In this document: positions 13,345 to 22,940 of the stretch, one piece after another
Position numbering within the stretch: the first letter of the stretch is position 1
How the letters are laid out: the number at the start of each line of letters is the position of its first letter
Source of the DNA: Alphaproteobacteria bacterium
Lineage (GTDB): Bacteria; Pseudomonadota; Alphaproteobacteria; UBA828
Assembly (NCBI GenBank): GCA_965221125.1
Contig: CBDCRW010000004.1
Span: 992,001-1,056,000 of the forward strand
DNA: 64,000 nucleotides
Reading direction: 5' to 3'
The notes under the pieces: model-generated
The model's database searches: none
What the model saw: only the letters and a program-made list of their open reading frames with translations
What the model was told of the DNA's origin: nothing
Position numbers and translations under genes: made by a program

Positions 13345-14031
13345 TCAGCACGACGCCAAGGTCACCATGACCTCGTTCCTGCGGAGCATCGGGATCGTCC
13401 AGGGCGGGTTGTAGCCCGCCATACGCCAGTCCCCCGCGTGCTCCAGATCGCGCGCTTCGATCCAGCGTTCAAGCCGCTGCCGCTCCGCCTCGCCCGCCTC
13501 GTTGTCCAGCATGCCGCTGAAGCGGATGCTCGCAACACAGCGCGCGCCTAAGTCCCTGACCGCAACGCCGCCGTCCTCCGGCACCGGCGCCGTCGCGGCC
13601 GTGTACCCGTCCGGCAGGACGAAGCCGATCCGCCAGCCGCCGATGTCGGGGCCGGCCAGCGCCTCCGGACTCTCCCCGTCATCGGCGCCGAGGTCCGGCT
13701 CCAGGACGGCCGCGCCGGCCTTCATCTCCGCCGGCGCGGTCAGCACCGGCGCGGTCATCGCGATATCTGAGCCGCCCGCATTGGCCCCCGTGATGTACTC
13801 GAACAGCCGCCGGAAGCCGGCGCCGACCGCCTCGTCGAACGAGCCCGCCGCAGCGGTCCACGCGATCGCATGGCCGTCGTATTCGCGGATCTCAATGTCG
13901 CCGTCGGCAAGCACGATACTGTATGCGGGTTCCTCGGCAGCCTTGCCACCAAACACGGAACAGGCGCTCAGGAAGAACGGCAGTGCAATGGCGACCAGTG
14001 CGCCTGTCAGCTTGGTTCGTATCGAAACCAC
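13345..14031 (-). CDS. SOUL heme-binding family lipoprotein
   Basis: GGAGG then GTG at 14031; lipobox FLSAC; EEPAY, EIREY, GFRRLFEYITGAN, IAMTAPV, YNPPWTIPMLRRNEV. Confidence 0.88.
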   Translation of the reverse strand: MVSIRTKLTGALVAIALPFFLSACSVFGGKAAEEPAYSIVLADGDIEIREYDGHAIAWTAAAGSFDEAVGAGFRRLFEYITGANAGGSDIAMTAPVLTAPAEMKAGAAVLEPDLGADDGESPEALAGPDIGGWRIGFVLPDGYTAATAPVPEDGGVAVRDLGARCVASIRFSGMLDNEAGEAERQRLERWIEARDLEHAGDWRMAGYNPPWTIPMLRRNEVMVTLASC

Positions 14032-14213
14032 CCTCCGCACCGCGCCACCCACGCCTCCGCCCGCGCCGCAGCGATGCGCCTCAGTATACGGCCCCTCCGC
14101 AGAGTCGTCCTGTCCGTGCGTCTTCGGCAACAGGCAGCCGCCGGGCCCCGGATTGCGAACTGCGGGTGCCCGACCGTCGCGGTCCGTCGTCCGCGTCTTC
14201 GACCGCCAGATGC

Positions 14214-14724
14214 TCATGGTTCGGGCCAGCCCCCAACCCGGTGCTTCGCCGCCCCGCCGAAGAATGCGAGGCACGCACGGGCCAGTGGTCTTTGCCGTCC
14301 CTTTGCCTTGAGCGCTGCATGGAAGCACCGGCCGGTCTCGACAAATCCGCCGGCCTGCATGACCAGTGTGCCGGCCTCCACGTGCCATCCGATCAGGTGA
14401 CGCCAGCCGAGCGCGATGCCGCGACCGGCGACGGCGGCTTCCAGCGCATGGGCGTGGCTCTCGACGATCTTGTACTGCGGTCCCGCAGTCGGGCGGCCCG
14501 AGACCTCGAACCAGCGGTCCCAGGATGCCCCGGCCGCGTTGGGGCCCGTGAGAGCCAGAAGGGTCAGGCCGCCCCATTCCGCCACCGGCCCGTTCAGGAC
14601 CTGCGCATGAACTGCGGCGTACGCCGGTGAGCAGAAGGCGGCCAGCGCCTCCCTTGCGATCGCCACGCGGTGTTTGGAGGGGGCAATCTCGCCGTCACAG
14701 GTCAGGATCACGTCGGCGCAGGGC
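14214..14724 (-). pseudogene. LysR-type regulator, C-terminal half (interrupted by transposon)
   Basis: ALEAAVAGRGIALGWRHL substrate-domain motif. Rejoins 19346-19790 in frame (SEP-C/G-ADVILTCDG) when the element and one 5-bp duplication are removed. Confidence 0.88.
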
Positions 14725-14870
14725 TGTTGTTTTCCGGTCTAGCCGGATAGAAGCACGGGTTTTTTTCTCACTTTGATTGGTTGGTGGATTTCCCGGGATG
14801 GTGGCCGAGTGCGGGAAGGACGCTGCCTGCGGCATTTTTTTGATCCTCAGCAGAATCCTCATTGCTGTTG

Positions 14871-15004
14871 AAGCTGTGGAGCGGTGGGCGCGAGATCGGC
14901 GAGTGTGGTCAGGCGGTGGGCAAGCGCCAGCTTGTCCACGGGCTGTCCACACGGTCCGCAGGACGCCGATCGGTCCGCAGGACGCGTCCACGGCTCCACA
15001 GCTT
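14871..15004. repeat. Long nested inverted repeat inside the transposon left end
   Basis: 14871-14892 pairs with 14983-15004 (20/22); inner gatcggcg/cgccgatc; innermost 23-bp arms (19/23) around a gcca loop. Confidence 0.8.
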
Positions 15005-15093
15005 GGCGGCGGCGGGGAGCGTCCGTAATCTTGGCCTCTCACTGAACGACAAAGAGAGGCCCGGGGGACGGAACTCCCGCCGGGCCAGGGCCG

Positions 15094-15729
15094 GTGCAGC
15101 TTCGCTACGAAACGGGGCTCACCAGCGAGGAATACGTTAAGACCGAGGCGTGGCGCGACGCAAGGCTTGAGCGCTGCCCGAATCACCCGCACGGCGGATG
15201 TTCTGTGGCAAGCCACGGCACCTACGAGCGGAAGACCCCGCCCGGCGCAAGGGTTCCTCGCTGGTATTGCCGTGAGAGCCATACGACCATCGGCCTGCTG
15301 GCCGACTGTCTGGCGGCGCGGCTGCCGGGCACGCTCGATGCGCTGGAAGCGGTTGTTGTCGTGGCGGAGGAGGCCGGCAGCCTGGAGGAGGCAGCGGACG
15401 AGGTGCGCTGCCCCGAGGACGAGGACGCCATCGAGCTTCCCGGCGCCGTGCGTTGGATCCGCCGCAGGCTGAAGCTTGTGCACGACGCGCTTGTGCGCGT
15501 CATCGGCCTGATCCCCGACCTGCTCGCGGGCTGCGCGCCCACCATGAGCGCGGTGCGCGAGCGTCTGAAGAGCGACAGCGCGTTGATGGAACTGCGCGGC
15601 CTGGTCGCCGGGCAGCTCCGGACGCTACCCGCGCCTCTGGGCTTCCAACCCCACGGCATCGACGTGGGGAATCGCAAACCGCAGTTCCAACAACGGGCGG
15701 GGCCGGACCCGCCGCCGGAGAGTTCGTAG
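15094..15729 (+). CDS. Transposon-associated hypothetical protein with N-terminal Cys/His cluster
   Basis: CPNHPHGGC...HGTYERK...RWYC; directly upstream of the transposase. Confidence 0.7.
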   Translation: MQLRYETGLTSEEYVKTEAWRDARLERCPNHPHGGCSVASHGTYERKTPPGARVPRWYCRESHTTIGLLADCLAARLPGTLDALEAVVVVAEEAGSLEEAADEVRCPEDEDAIELPGAVRWIRRRLKLVHDALVRVIGLIPDLLAGCAPTMSAVRERLKSDSALMELRGLVAGQLRTLPAPLGFQPHGIDVGNRKPQFQQRAGPDPPPESS

Positions 15730-15774
15730 CGTGACGATCCCGGGGCCAGGGAGTCCCTGAACGAGGATCGCACC

Positions 15775-17103
15775 ATGAACAGCTCAGACGACGACCTTCG
15801 CCAACAGATCGCGCTCTTCCGATACGACGTCATCGCCGATCTGGTGCATCTGCCCGTGGGTGCACCGGGTGCCGGCGCGATGATGCGCGCCAAAGCCGAG
15901 AAGACCTACACGATCCCCGGAACCACCAGGACCCGGGTCGCCGCCGAGACCATGCGGCGCTGGATCAAGGACTACCGCTACGGCGGCTTCGACGCGCTCT
16001 ACCCCAAGCCCCGCACCGACCGGGGGAAGCCCCGGCGGCTGCCGCCCGAGGTCGCCGAGCGCCTCATCGCGCTGAAGACCGAGAACGACGCATTGTCGGT
16101 TCGCGCCATCATCCAGAAGGTCAAGGAGGAGGGTATCGACCACCCGCTCGCCTCGTCCACCGTGCACCGCCTCTTCAGCCGCGAGGGCCTGTTCGACAAG
16201 AAGCCGCCCGACGGGGCGGATCGCCGCCGCTTCGCCTTCCGGCATGCCGGCGAGATGTGGATGAGCGACGTCATGCACGGACCCAAGGTCCGGCACGGCC
16301 GAACCCGGCGCAAGACCTACCTGATCGCCTTCATCGACGACGCCACCCGCGTCATCCCGTTCGCCGCCTTCGCCATGGCGGAGAACACTGCGGCGTTCCT
16401 GCCGGTGTTCAAGGACGCGCTGATCCGGCGCGGCCTCCCGGCCCGCTTGTACGTCGACAACGGAAGCGCCTACCGCTCCCGTCATCTCTCCCTGGTCTGC
16501 GCCAGGCTCGGCGTTGCGTTGATTCACGCAAGGGCGTTCCAGCCAGCGGGAAAGGGTAAGATCGAGCGCTTCTTCCGCACCCTCCGGGCCGGCTGGCTCC
16601 GCCACCTCGGCGATGACGTCGACAGCCTGGAGGCGCTCAACCGCAGCCTCTGGGCCTGGATCGAGGGGGAGTATCACAACAGCCCGCATCGTGGCCTCGA
16701 CGAGGGGCGCACCCCGCTTGAGCAGTGGGCGCTGGCCTCGGCCGGCGTGCGCTATCCCGACGCCACCATGGACCTCGACGATCTGTTCCTCTTCGAGGCC
16801 AGGCGCCGTGTCTACAAGGACCGCACCGTTAGTCTGAACGGCCGCGTCTACGAGGTCGACGCCCTCCTGGTGGGTCAGAACGTCATCCTGCGCTACGACC
16901 CGGCCGCGCCGCCCTCGCGCCCTCTCGACGTGGTCCATGACGGCAAGCCGGCCGGCAAGGCCAGCCCTCTCGACGCCTACGCCAATACCGCCGTCAGGCG
17001 CACCTACCCGGCCAGGGAGATCGAGGCCGAAGATCCGGCGCCCGAGCCTCCGCCCTCGCCGCTGGCCATGCGCAACCTCAAGGACAAGAAGGAGGACGAG
17101 TGA
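15775..17103 (+). CDS. DDE transposase/integrase with Mu-transposase-like C-terminal domain
   Basis: N-terminal HTH; WMSDVMHG, LYVDNGSAY, KGKIERFF catalytic triad; RRVYKDRTVSLNGRVYEV C-terminal domain. Confidence 0.93.
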   Translation: MNSSDDDLRQQIALFRYDVIADLVHLPVGAPGAGAMMRAKAEKTYTIPGTTRTRVAAETMRRWIKDYRYGGFDALYPKPRTDRGKPRRLPPEVAERLIALKTENDALSVRAIIQKVKEEGIDHPLASSTVHRLFSREGLFDKKPPDGADRRRFAFRHAGEMWMSDVMHGPKVRHGRTRRKTYLIAFIDDATRVIPFAAFAMAENTAAFLPVFKDALIRRGLPARLYVDNGSAYRSRHLSLVCARLGVALIHARAFQPAGKGKIERFFRTLRAGWLRHLGDDVDSLEALNRSLWAWIEGEYHNSPHRGLDEGRTPLEQWALASAGVRYPDATMDLDDLFLFEARRRVYKDRTVSLNGRVYEVDALLVGQNVILRYDPAAPPSRPLDVVHDGKPAGKASPLDAYANTAVRRTYPAREIEAEDPAPEPPPSPLAMRNLKDKKEDE

Positions 17104-17903
17104 TGTACCTGCGCCACTTCGCCTTCACCCGCCTGCCCTTCGAGACCCCGGCAGAGACCGACGAGCTGTTCGAGTCCAACGCGCGCCGCGAGGCCGAGGC
17201 CAGGCTCGGCCACCTCATCGACCTGCGCGGCATCGGCCTGCTCACCGGCGAGGTGGGCTCCGGCAAGACCACCGTGTGCCGGCATCTGACCGCGCAGCTT
17301 CATCCAGGCCTCTACCGGGTCCACTACGTCTCGCTGACCACGGGCAACGTGCTCGACATGTACAAGGCGATCGCGTGGGAGATCGGCCTGCCCATCGAGC
17401 GCTCCCGCGCCTCGGCCTATCAGGCCATCCGAAACGAGATCTCCCGCCTCGTCACCGAGGCCAAGCAGCTGCCGGTCCTCGTCATCGACGAGGCCCATCA
17501 TCTGCGCAACGACGTCCTTGAGGACCTGCGCCTGCTCACCAACTTCGCCATGGATGCAGAGCAGCGCCTGTGCCTCGTCCTCGTCGGTCTGACCGAGCTC
17601 AGGCGCCGCCTGGCCATGGCCATGCACGAATCCCTCAGCCAGCGCCTCGTCGTCCGCCACCACCTGAGCGGTCTCGACCGCGACGAGGTCGACGCTTACA
17701 TCAAGCACCGCCTCAGGCTCGCGGGATGCGAACTGCCGCTGTTCGAAGAGCCCGCCGTCGAGGCCCTGTTCCAGGGCGCGCGCGGCCTGCCGCGCCAGAT
17801 CAACCGCATCGCCCACTACGCGCTCTCCGCCGCCGCTCTCGACGAGGCGAGGACCGTCAGTGCCGACCACCTGCAGCACGCGCTCGAGGAACTGCGGCCA
17901 TGA
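17103..17903 (+). CDS. ExeA/TnsC-like AAA+ ATPase (transposition regulator)
   Basis: Walker A GEVGSGKT, Walker B LVIDEAH, GLPRQIN; TGATG overlap with the transposase stop. Confidence 0.9.
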   Translation: MYLRHFAFTRLPFETPAETDELFESNARREAEARLGHLIDLRGIGLLTGEVGSGKTTVCRHLTAQLHPGLYRVHYVSLTTGNVLDMYKAIAWEIGLPIERSRASAYQAIRNEISRLVTEAKQLPVLVIDEAHHLRNDVLEDLRLLTNFAMDAEQRLCLVLVGLTELRRRLAMAMHESLSQRLVVRHHLSGLDRDEVDAYIKHRLRLAGCELPLFEEPAVEALFQGARGLPRQINRIAHYALSAAALDEARTVSADHLQHALEELRP

Positions 17904-18940
17904 CCGGCTTCCCGACCCGCGCCCCGATCGAGCTGGAGGAGCGGCCGCGCGAGCAGCAATGGCTGGTGGACACGCTATGGGGCGAGCAGGCCGTCGGCAT
18001 CGTCGGCGGCGAGCCGAAGTGCGGCAAGTCCATCCTGGCGCTGGACCTCGCGGTCGCAGTCGCCGCCGGCGTCCCATGCCTGCGGCACTTCGCCCCGGCC
18101 CGGCCTGGCCCGGTCCTGCTGTTCGCCGCAGAAGACGCCGGCCACCTCGTGCGCAAGCGCCTGCAGGGGATCGCCCGCGCCGCAGGCGCCCGCTTCGAGA
18201 CCCTCGACATCGCCGTCATCGACGTGCCCACACTGCGCCTCGACCATCTCGACGACCGCCGCCGCCTGCAGCAGACCGTGGAGCGCATCGCACCGCGCCT
18301 CGTGGTCCTCGACCCCCTGGTCCGCCTGCACGGCGTGGACGAGAACACGGTTGCGGACGTCGCCCCGATCCTCGGCTTCCTGCGCGACCTGCAACGCCGC
18401 TTCGAGACCGCCGTCCTCCTCGTCCACCACGCCCGCAAGAGCGGGGCCACGAGGCCGGGGCAGGCCCTGCGGGGCAGCAGTGAGCTGCACGCCTGGGGGG
18501 ACTCGAACCTCTACCTGCGCCGCCGGGACCGGCAGACCCTCATGACCGTCGAGCATCGCGCCGCACGCGGTCTCGACGACATCGAGATCGAGCTCAAGGA
18601 AGACGGAGAGGAGCCCTCCTTCCGGCTGCGCCAGCCGCCCACGGCCGGCGGCGGGGCGCCTCAGCCCGAAACACCCGAATGCCGCGTTCTCAAGGCGCTC
18701 GCCGACGCCGGGGCGCCGCTCTCGCAACGCCAGATCCGGGAACGCGCCGCGACCCGGCACAAGACCGTCGGCGTAATCTTGCAAAAGCTCGTCCAGGAGG
18801 GTCGCGTCGCGCGCAACGCCGAGGGCGGCTACAGCGTCGTCGCAGGCGCAGCGGACAAGCGGGCGGCGGCCGCCGCCGCCAACGGCAGCAGTCGGCCGCA
18901 GGCCCCGCGGTTCCCGGAGCCCGGTTCCGCCAACGCCTAG
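17900..18940 (+). CDS. AAA_25 / RepA-like RecA-fold ATPase with C-terminal winged HTH
   Basis: GGEPKCGKS, LVVLDPL, VHHARK, LRGSS; C-terminal LSQRQIRERAATRHKTVGVILQKLVQEGRV; ATGA overlap with the upstream gene. Confidence 0.85.
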   Translation: MTGFPTRAPIELEERPREQQWLVDTLWGEQAVGIVGGEPKCGKSILALDLAVAVAAGVPCLRHFAPARPGPVLLFAAEDAGHLVRKRLQGIARAAGARFETLDIAVIDVPTLRLDHLDDRRRLQQTVERIAPRLVVLDPLVRLHGVDENTVADVAPILGFLRDLQRRFETAVLLVHHARKSGATRPGQALRGSSELHAWGDSNLYLRRRDRQTLMTVEHRAARGLDDIEIELKEDGEEPSFRLRQPPTAGGGAPQPETPECRVLKALADAGAPLSQRQIRERAATRHKTVGVILQKLVQEGRVARNAEGGYSVVAGAADKRAAAAAANGSSRPQAPRFPEPGSANA

Positions 18941-19345
18941 GGGTTCGAGCCGGAACCGCCGTCGGGAACCACCCTTCCCCAACGGTCCGGAAGGCGCTGC
19001 GCCTCCACCGGGATACTACGTCAGGTGAGCGGCCAGTCCGTGGCCGGAAGCTTGCTTCAGGCCATGGCAGCACTTCGTCGTGTGGACGGTGGCGAGTCAC
19101 CCGAAGGGCCGAAGCGAAGCGCAGGAGCGGCGCAGCCGCTTGACGCGCCGACGGCCGCGCGACACCTCGTCAGCTCTCCTCAAGCACCAGTCCAAACCTC
19201 AATCAGACAGCGACCCCGGACCGCCCGCAGAGACCATGAGCTCCTACGCTTCGATCCGGAAAAGACCGAGCAATCTGGGAAATCAGGGCAGCGATCACGT
19301 CAAATAATCTGGGAGATTCGGCGTCAAATAACGTGCGAAACAACA

Positions 19346-19790
19346 CGGGCTCGGACGGAAGGGAGGCCGGGGCCTCTGCGTGGGCGAGAATACGGACCCG
19401 GACCCGCTCCCCGAGCGCGGCCTTCAGTGCATCGTACCGCTGCATCACGAAGAGATGCGAAACCTCCTCCGGGCAGGCGATCGTCACCTCCGGCGGGCCG
19501 CTGCCCGAGAGAGCACCTACTTCCTCGGTCCCGTCGTGTAGGGCCGCGAGGCCGACAACGACGGCCGCGTGAAAGCGCCGCCCCGCCTCGGTCAGGGTCA
19601 CGCCCGTGCGGGAGCGCTCGAAAAGCCGCACCGAGAGGTCCGTTTCGAGCCTCGCGATGTATCGGCTCATCGCCGATTGCGAGGTCCCCAGCTCCAACCC
19701 TGCCTGCGAGAAGTTGCCGAGCCGCGCGGCGCTCTCGAACGCAAGCAGGATGCTGGTGGATGGAATGCGGTAACGCCCGCGATCCTTCAT
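19346..19790 (-). pseudogene. LysR-type regulator, N-terminal half (interrupted by transposon)
   Basis: LLAFESAARLGNFSQAGLELGTSQSAMSRYIARLE...LFER HTH; cut at the transposon right end. Confidence 0.9.
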
Positions 19791-19829
19791 GGATACTGCG
19801 TTAGGCGTGTCCTGGCCGGCGATCAAGAG

Positions 19830-20100
19830 CAATTCGGTGGTACCCTTGGCGCAGACAAGTTGATGCACTCCCTCGACAAGGCGCTGGCCCATGCCAGCAG
19901 CGGAGGCTCGGCTGTCGTTCGTGGGCACGTGAGCCCTCGGGAGGCCCGCAAGCGGGCGAAACTCACGCCGGCGCAGATGGAACCGCCGATGGACATGAAC
20001 CCGGACCGCTGCTGGAAGCGGGTGCAAGGAATGTGGTGGGTCAGTGACCCGGCGGCGATACTGCTGCGGGCGATCCCGATGGAGGCGGAATTTGGCGAGC
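19830..20100 (+). pseudogene. Degenerate XRE/HigA-like HTH protein
   Basis: ARKRAKLTPAQMEPPMDM...KRVQG...VSDPAAILLRAI resembles a decayed antitoxin-type HTH; no clear start. Confidence 0.35.
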
Positions 20101-20131
20101 CTTACCGTCTCCGTGAGCGGTGGTTTGGCCG

Positions 20132-20407
20132 ATGAGATCCCTTCCTGTCGCTGTCCGGCCTTACCGGCGTACCCCGGAGTTCACAGAGGAGACGGTGCCG
20201 TCGGCCCTCACGAGATCGCATCGCACGAGAGCAGGAACCTGGGGCCGGATCGTGGTTCTCGAGGGAAGGCTTCTCTATCGTATCCTCCAGCCGTCGGCGG
20301 AGGCGCTGATCCTGGACACCGACCATCCCGGCATCGTCGAGCCGGAGGTCGAGCACGAGGTCGAGCCGATCGGGAAGGTGCGGTTCTACGTCGAGTTCTA
20401 CCGCTGA
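20132..20407 (+). CDS. DUF1971 (YeaR / TehB N-terminal-like cupin) protein
   Basis: PYRRTPEFTEETVP, HRTRAGTWGRIVVLEG, HEVEP...FYVEFY. Confidence 0.85.
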   Translation: MRSLPVAVRPYRRTPEFTEETVPSALTRSHRTRAGTWGRIVVLEGRLLYRILQPSAEALILDTDHPGIVEPEVEHEVEPIGKVRFYVEFYR

Positions 20408-20447
20408 CCGGCGCGGCGAGGGAGGCGTTGAACGTCATGACAAACGA

Positions 20448-22940
20448 ATGGGAGATCCTACGATGCGAATAGTCCTCGCAGTGCTCGCCGTGGCCGCCGT
20501 GCTCGCGGCGGGTGAGGTTCGTGCCGGCGCGCTGGCACCCACCCCGCAGATCATCGCCGAGTACGACCGCAGCTTCATTGAGCGCTCAGGCGCCCAGACG
20601 TTCGGCGAGATGCTCGACACGGGCATCATCCGCTACTTCTTCACCGGAGGGCGCGACCTGCTCATCATGGTGAACGGGCGGCCCTATGCAACGACCGCGC
20701 ACAATCTGGACACCCTCCCGCTTTCGGCGGTCGAGCGCATCGAGGTGCTGAGAGCCGAGAGCCTGGGGACGATCGGCGGCCACGCCGCGGTACGTGGCGC
20801 ATTCAACCTTGTGCTGAGGAAGGATCTGGACGGCTTCGACGTGCGCACCGTCGCCCGGATGCCGAGCCGCGACGGCGGCGACGCGCGCCAGGGCAGCGTC
20901 GTATGGGGCGGCGAAATCGGCACCGACGGGCACATGACCATCGGCGTTGACGTTCTCGACCGCGAGGAGATCGCCGGCAGTACCCGCGAGCACAGCAGTT
21001 CGGAGTGGACGGAGGGCGGGACCTTCGCCGAGGCGAGGAACGTGAGCGTTGGCGGCAACACCGTCTACATCTTCGACACGAGCGCGGAAGAGCTGAGAGC
21101 CGTGGCGCTCGGCGCGTGCGACCCGACGCACGGCTACACCGGCCCGCTCAGCGACCCGCCGGGGATCGATTCGGGCGACAAGGGCTGCGGGTTTCGCTAT
21201 GGCGACTTCTGGTGGGACACCGAGCGCTACGACCAGAGGAACGCAATCCTGAACCTCGACCACCCGCTTGGAGCGAGCGCTGAGCTCCACGTCGACGCCA
21301 ACGCCACGCTCGGACGCTCGGCGTTCCGCTACGCACCGTCGATCGACATCTTCGCCGTCACCCCGGGCGTCACGCTGCTTGACGCAATCAATGAGGCGGC
21401 GCGCAGCGCTGATCCTGAGTTCGAGGCGACGACAGAGGACGTGTTTTCGGTCGGGCACCGCTTCATCGGACACGGCAACCGGGACTGGAGGACGAGCGCC
21501 GAAGAGTACGACGTCTCGGCGAGCGTCGAAGGCCGGCTCGCCGACGGCCTGGGCTACGACGCGGAGGTCAGCGCCTGGAAGCTCGACGGCTCGGTAGAGG
21601 GCGATACTTTCGTGGATGCCGAGATCATCAGCGAGGAGATCGAAGCGGAAAGGTACGACCTGACCGATCCACTGTCGACGGACCCAGAGCACCTTCGAGC
21701 CATCGAGAGGAGCAGCCTGCGCCAGGAGAACGACTTCGGCGGACGGTATCTGGGTGCTCGTTTCGCGCTTGAAGGCGCAGGTCCGGAAATCGGGGGGCGA
21801 AGCTCGGCATGGACCGCGGGTGCCGAGCTCGCCGAAGTGGAGGCTCACAGCCTTCTCGCCTTCCGGTCGAGCGACGGGCGCATCCGCGACGTCAACGCGG
21901 TGCTTGGATCAGGAGGCACGAGCTATGCGGGCAAGCGCGAAACGGCAGGGGTTTTCGCCGAGGCGTCGATGCCATTCGCCGAGACGGTGGAGGTGAGAGC
22001 GGGCGCCCGGGCCGACGAATACGATGACGTCGGCGCGCTACGCGCATGGCGGCTCGGGGCCGAGTACCGCCCGAACGACATCGTGGCGCTGCGCGGGTCA
22101 TGGAGTGCAGGCGACGACGCACCGTCGATGCACCACCTGCACAGCACCGCGGCGCAGGACCACCCCTACGTGCGCTGCGTACCGCAAAGCGGCCCTGCGC
22201 CTCGCACCTGCGACGCCTCGAACTACCGGCAAGTGACGCGCGAGACCAGCGGCAATCCCGAGCTCGAGCCCTCGCGATCGCACCGTCGCTCGATCGGGGC
22301 GGAGGCTCGCAGGGGGCCGTTCTACCTCGTCGCCGACTGGTACTGGCTCACGACCTCCGATCTGCCGGGTCGGCGAGACGCAACCTGGGCGATGCTGAAC
22401 CACCCCGAGTGCCCACCGGGCGGCGGCAGTAGCTGCATCGAGCGCGCGGCCGGTGACATCACCATCCACGAGAGCTTCGCGAACATCCTGGAGACCGAAG
22501 TCTCGGGAGTGAACACCCGGTTCGGAGCCCGCGCGGAGACCGGCTGGGGCTTCGTCGCATTGCGCGGGTTTTGGCGCTACGTCACCAACAGCGAGGAGCG
22601 CATCGCAGGCGAGGAGCGGCCCAACCCGCTCCCGCGCAACGCCGTGCGCATCGTGACCTCGGCCGGGCGCGGCGACCTTACCGCCTTCTGGGCCGTCAAC
22701 TACCGCGACGAGATCGAGAACCGGCAGGGCGATGGACGGTTCAAGTCCTGGACCGGCCACGACCTGACGCTAGACTGGAGACAGCCGCTAGGGCTCAAGA
22801 GCACGCGGATATCCGCGGGCGTGTACAATGTCACCGACGCGAAGCTCTCCACGAACACCGCGAACCCCTCCGCGACCGACGGGCCCACCGCAGCTGGCTG
22901 GGGACGCACCTTCTTCCTCACTCTCAATATGCGGTTCTGA
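20448..22940 (+). CDS. TonB-dependent receptor
   Basis: Signal peptide, plug motif VNGR...NLDTLPLSAVERIEVLR, GNPELEP, GRTFFLTLNMRF with terminal Phe. Confidence 0.9.
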   Translation: MGDPTMRIVLAVLAVAAVLAAGEVRAGALAPTPQIIAEYDRSFIERSGAQTFGEMLDTGIIRYFFTGGRDLLIMVNGRPYATTAHNLDTLPLSAVERIEVLRAESLGTIGGHAAVRGAFNLVLRKDLDGFDVRTVARMPSRDGGDARQGSVVWGGEIGTDGHMTIGVDVLDREEIAGSTREHSSSEWTEGGTFAEARNVSVGGNTVYIFDTSAEELRAVALGACDPTHGYTGPLSDPPGIDSGDKGCGFRYGDFWWDTERYDQRNAILNLDHPLGASAELHVDANATLGRSAFRYAPSIDIFAVTPGVTLLDAINEAARSADPEFEATTEDVFSVGHRFIGHGNRDWRTSAEEYDVSASVEGRLADGLGYDAEVSAWKLDGSVEGDTFVDAEIISEEIEAERYDLTDPLSTDPEHLRAIERSSLRQENDFGGRYLGARFALEGAGPEIGGRSSAWTAGAELAEVEAHSLLAFRSSDGRIRDVNAVLGSGGTSYAGKRETAGVFAEASMPFAETVEVRAGARADEYDDVGALRAWRLGAEYRPNDIVALRGSWSAGDDAPSMHHLHSTAAQDHPYVRCVPQSGPAPRTCDASNYRQVTRETSGNPELEPSRSHRRSIGAEARRGPFYLVADWYWLTTSDLPGRRDATWAMLNHPECPPGGGSSCIERAAGDITIHESFANILETEVSGVNTRFGARAETGWGFVALRGFWRYVTNSEERIAGEERPNPLPRNAVRIVTSAGRGDLTAFWAVNYRDEIENRQGDGRFKSWTGHDLTLDWRQPLGLKSTRISAGVYNVTDAKLSTNTANPSATDGPTAAGWGRTFFLTLNMRF

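Larger units (their letters stand above)
14725..19345 (+). mobile_element. 4621-bp Mu/Tn7-like (TnsB+TnsC type) transposon with four genes
   Basis: Ends TGTTGTTT (14725) and AAACAACA (19345); flanks agggc / cgggc form a 5-bp target duplication with one mismatch; interrupts a LysR gene; encodes a DDE transposase and an AAA ATPase. Confidence 0.9.

Noticed and set aside
13345-14577. 410-aa ORF suggesting an extended SOUL protein
   Set aside because: The N-terminal 180 aa overlap the LysR C-half in another frame; RBS and lipobox place the start at 14031.
17570-17899. N-terminal extension of the AAA_25 ORF
   Set aside because: Overlaps the ExeA-like gene; the ATGA overlap at 17900 is the natural start.
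17103-17903. ExeA as a type II secretion or Tad component
   Set aside because: It is translationally coupled to a DDE transposase inside defined transposon ends.
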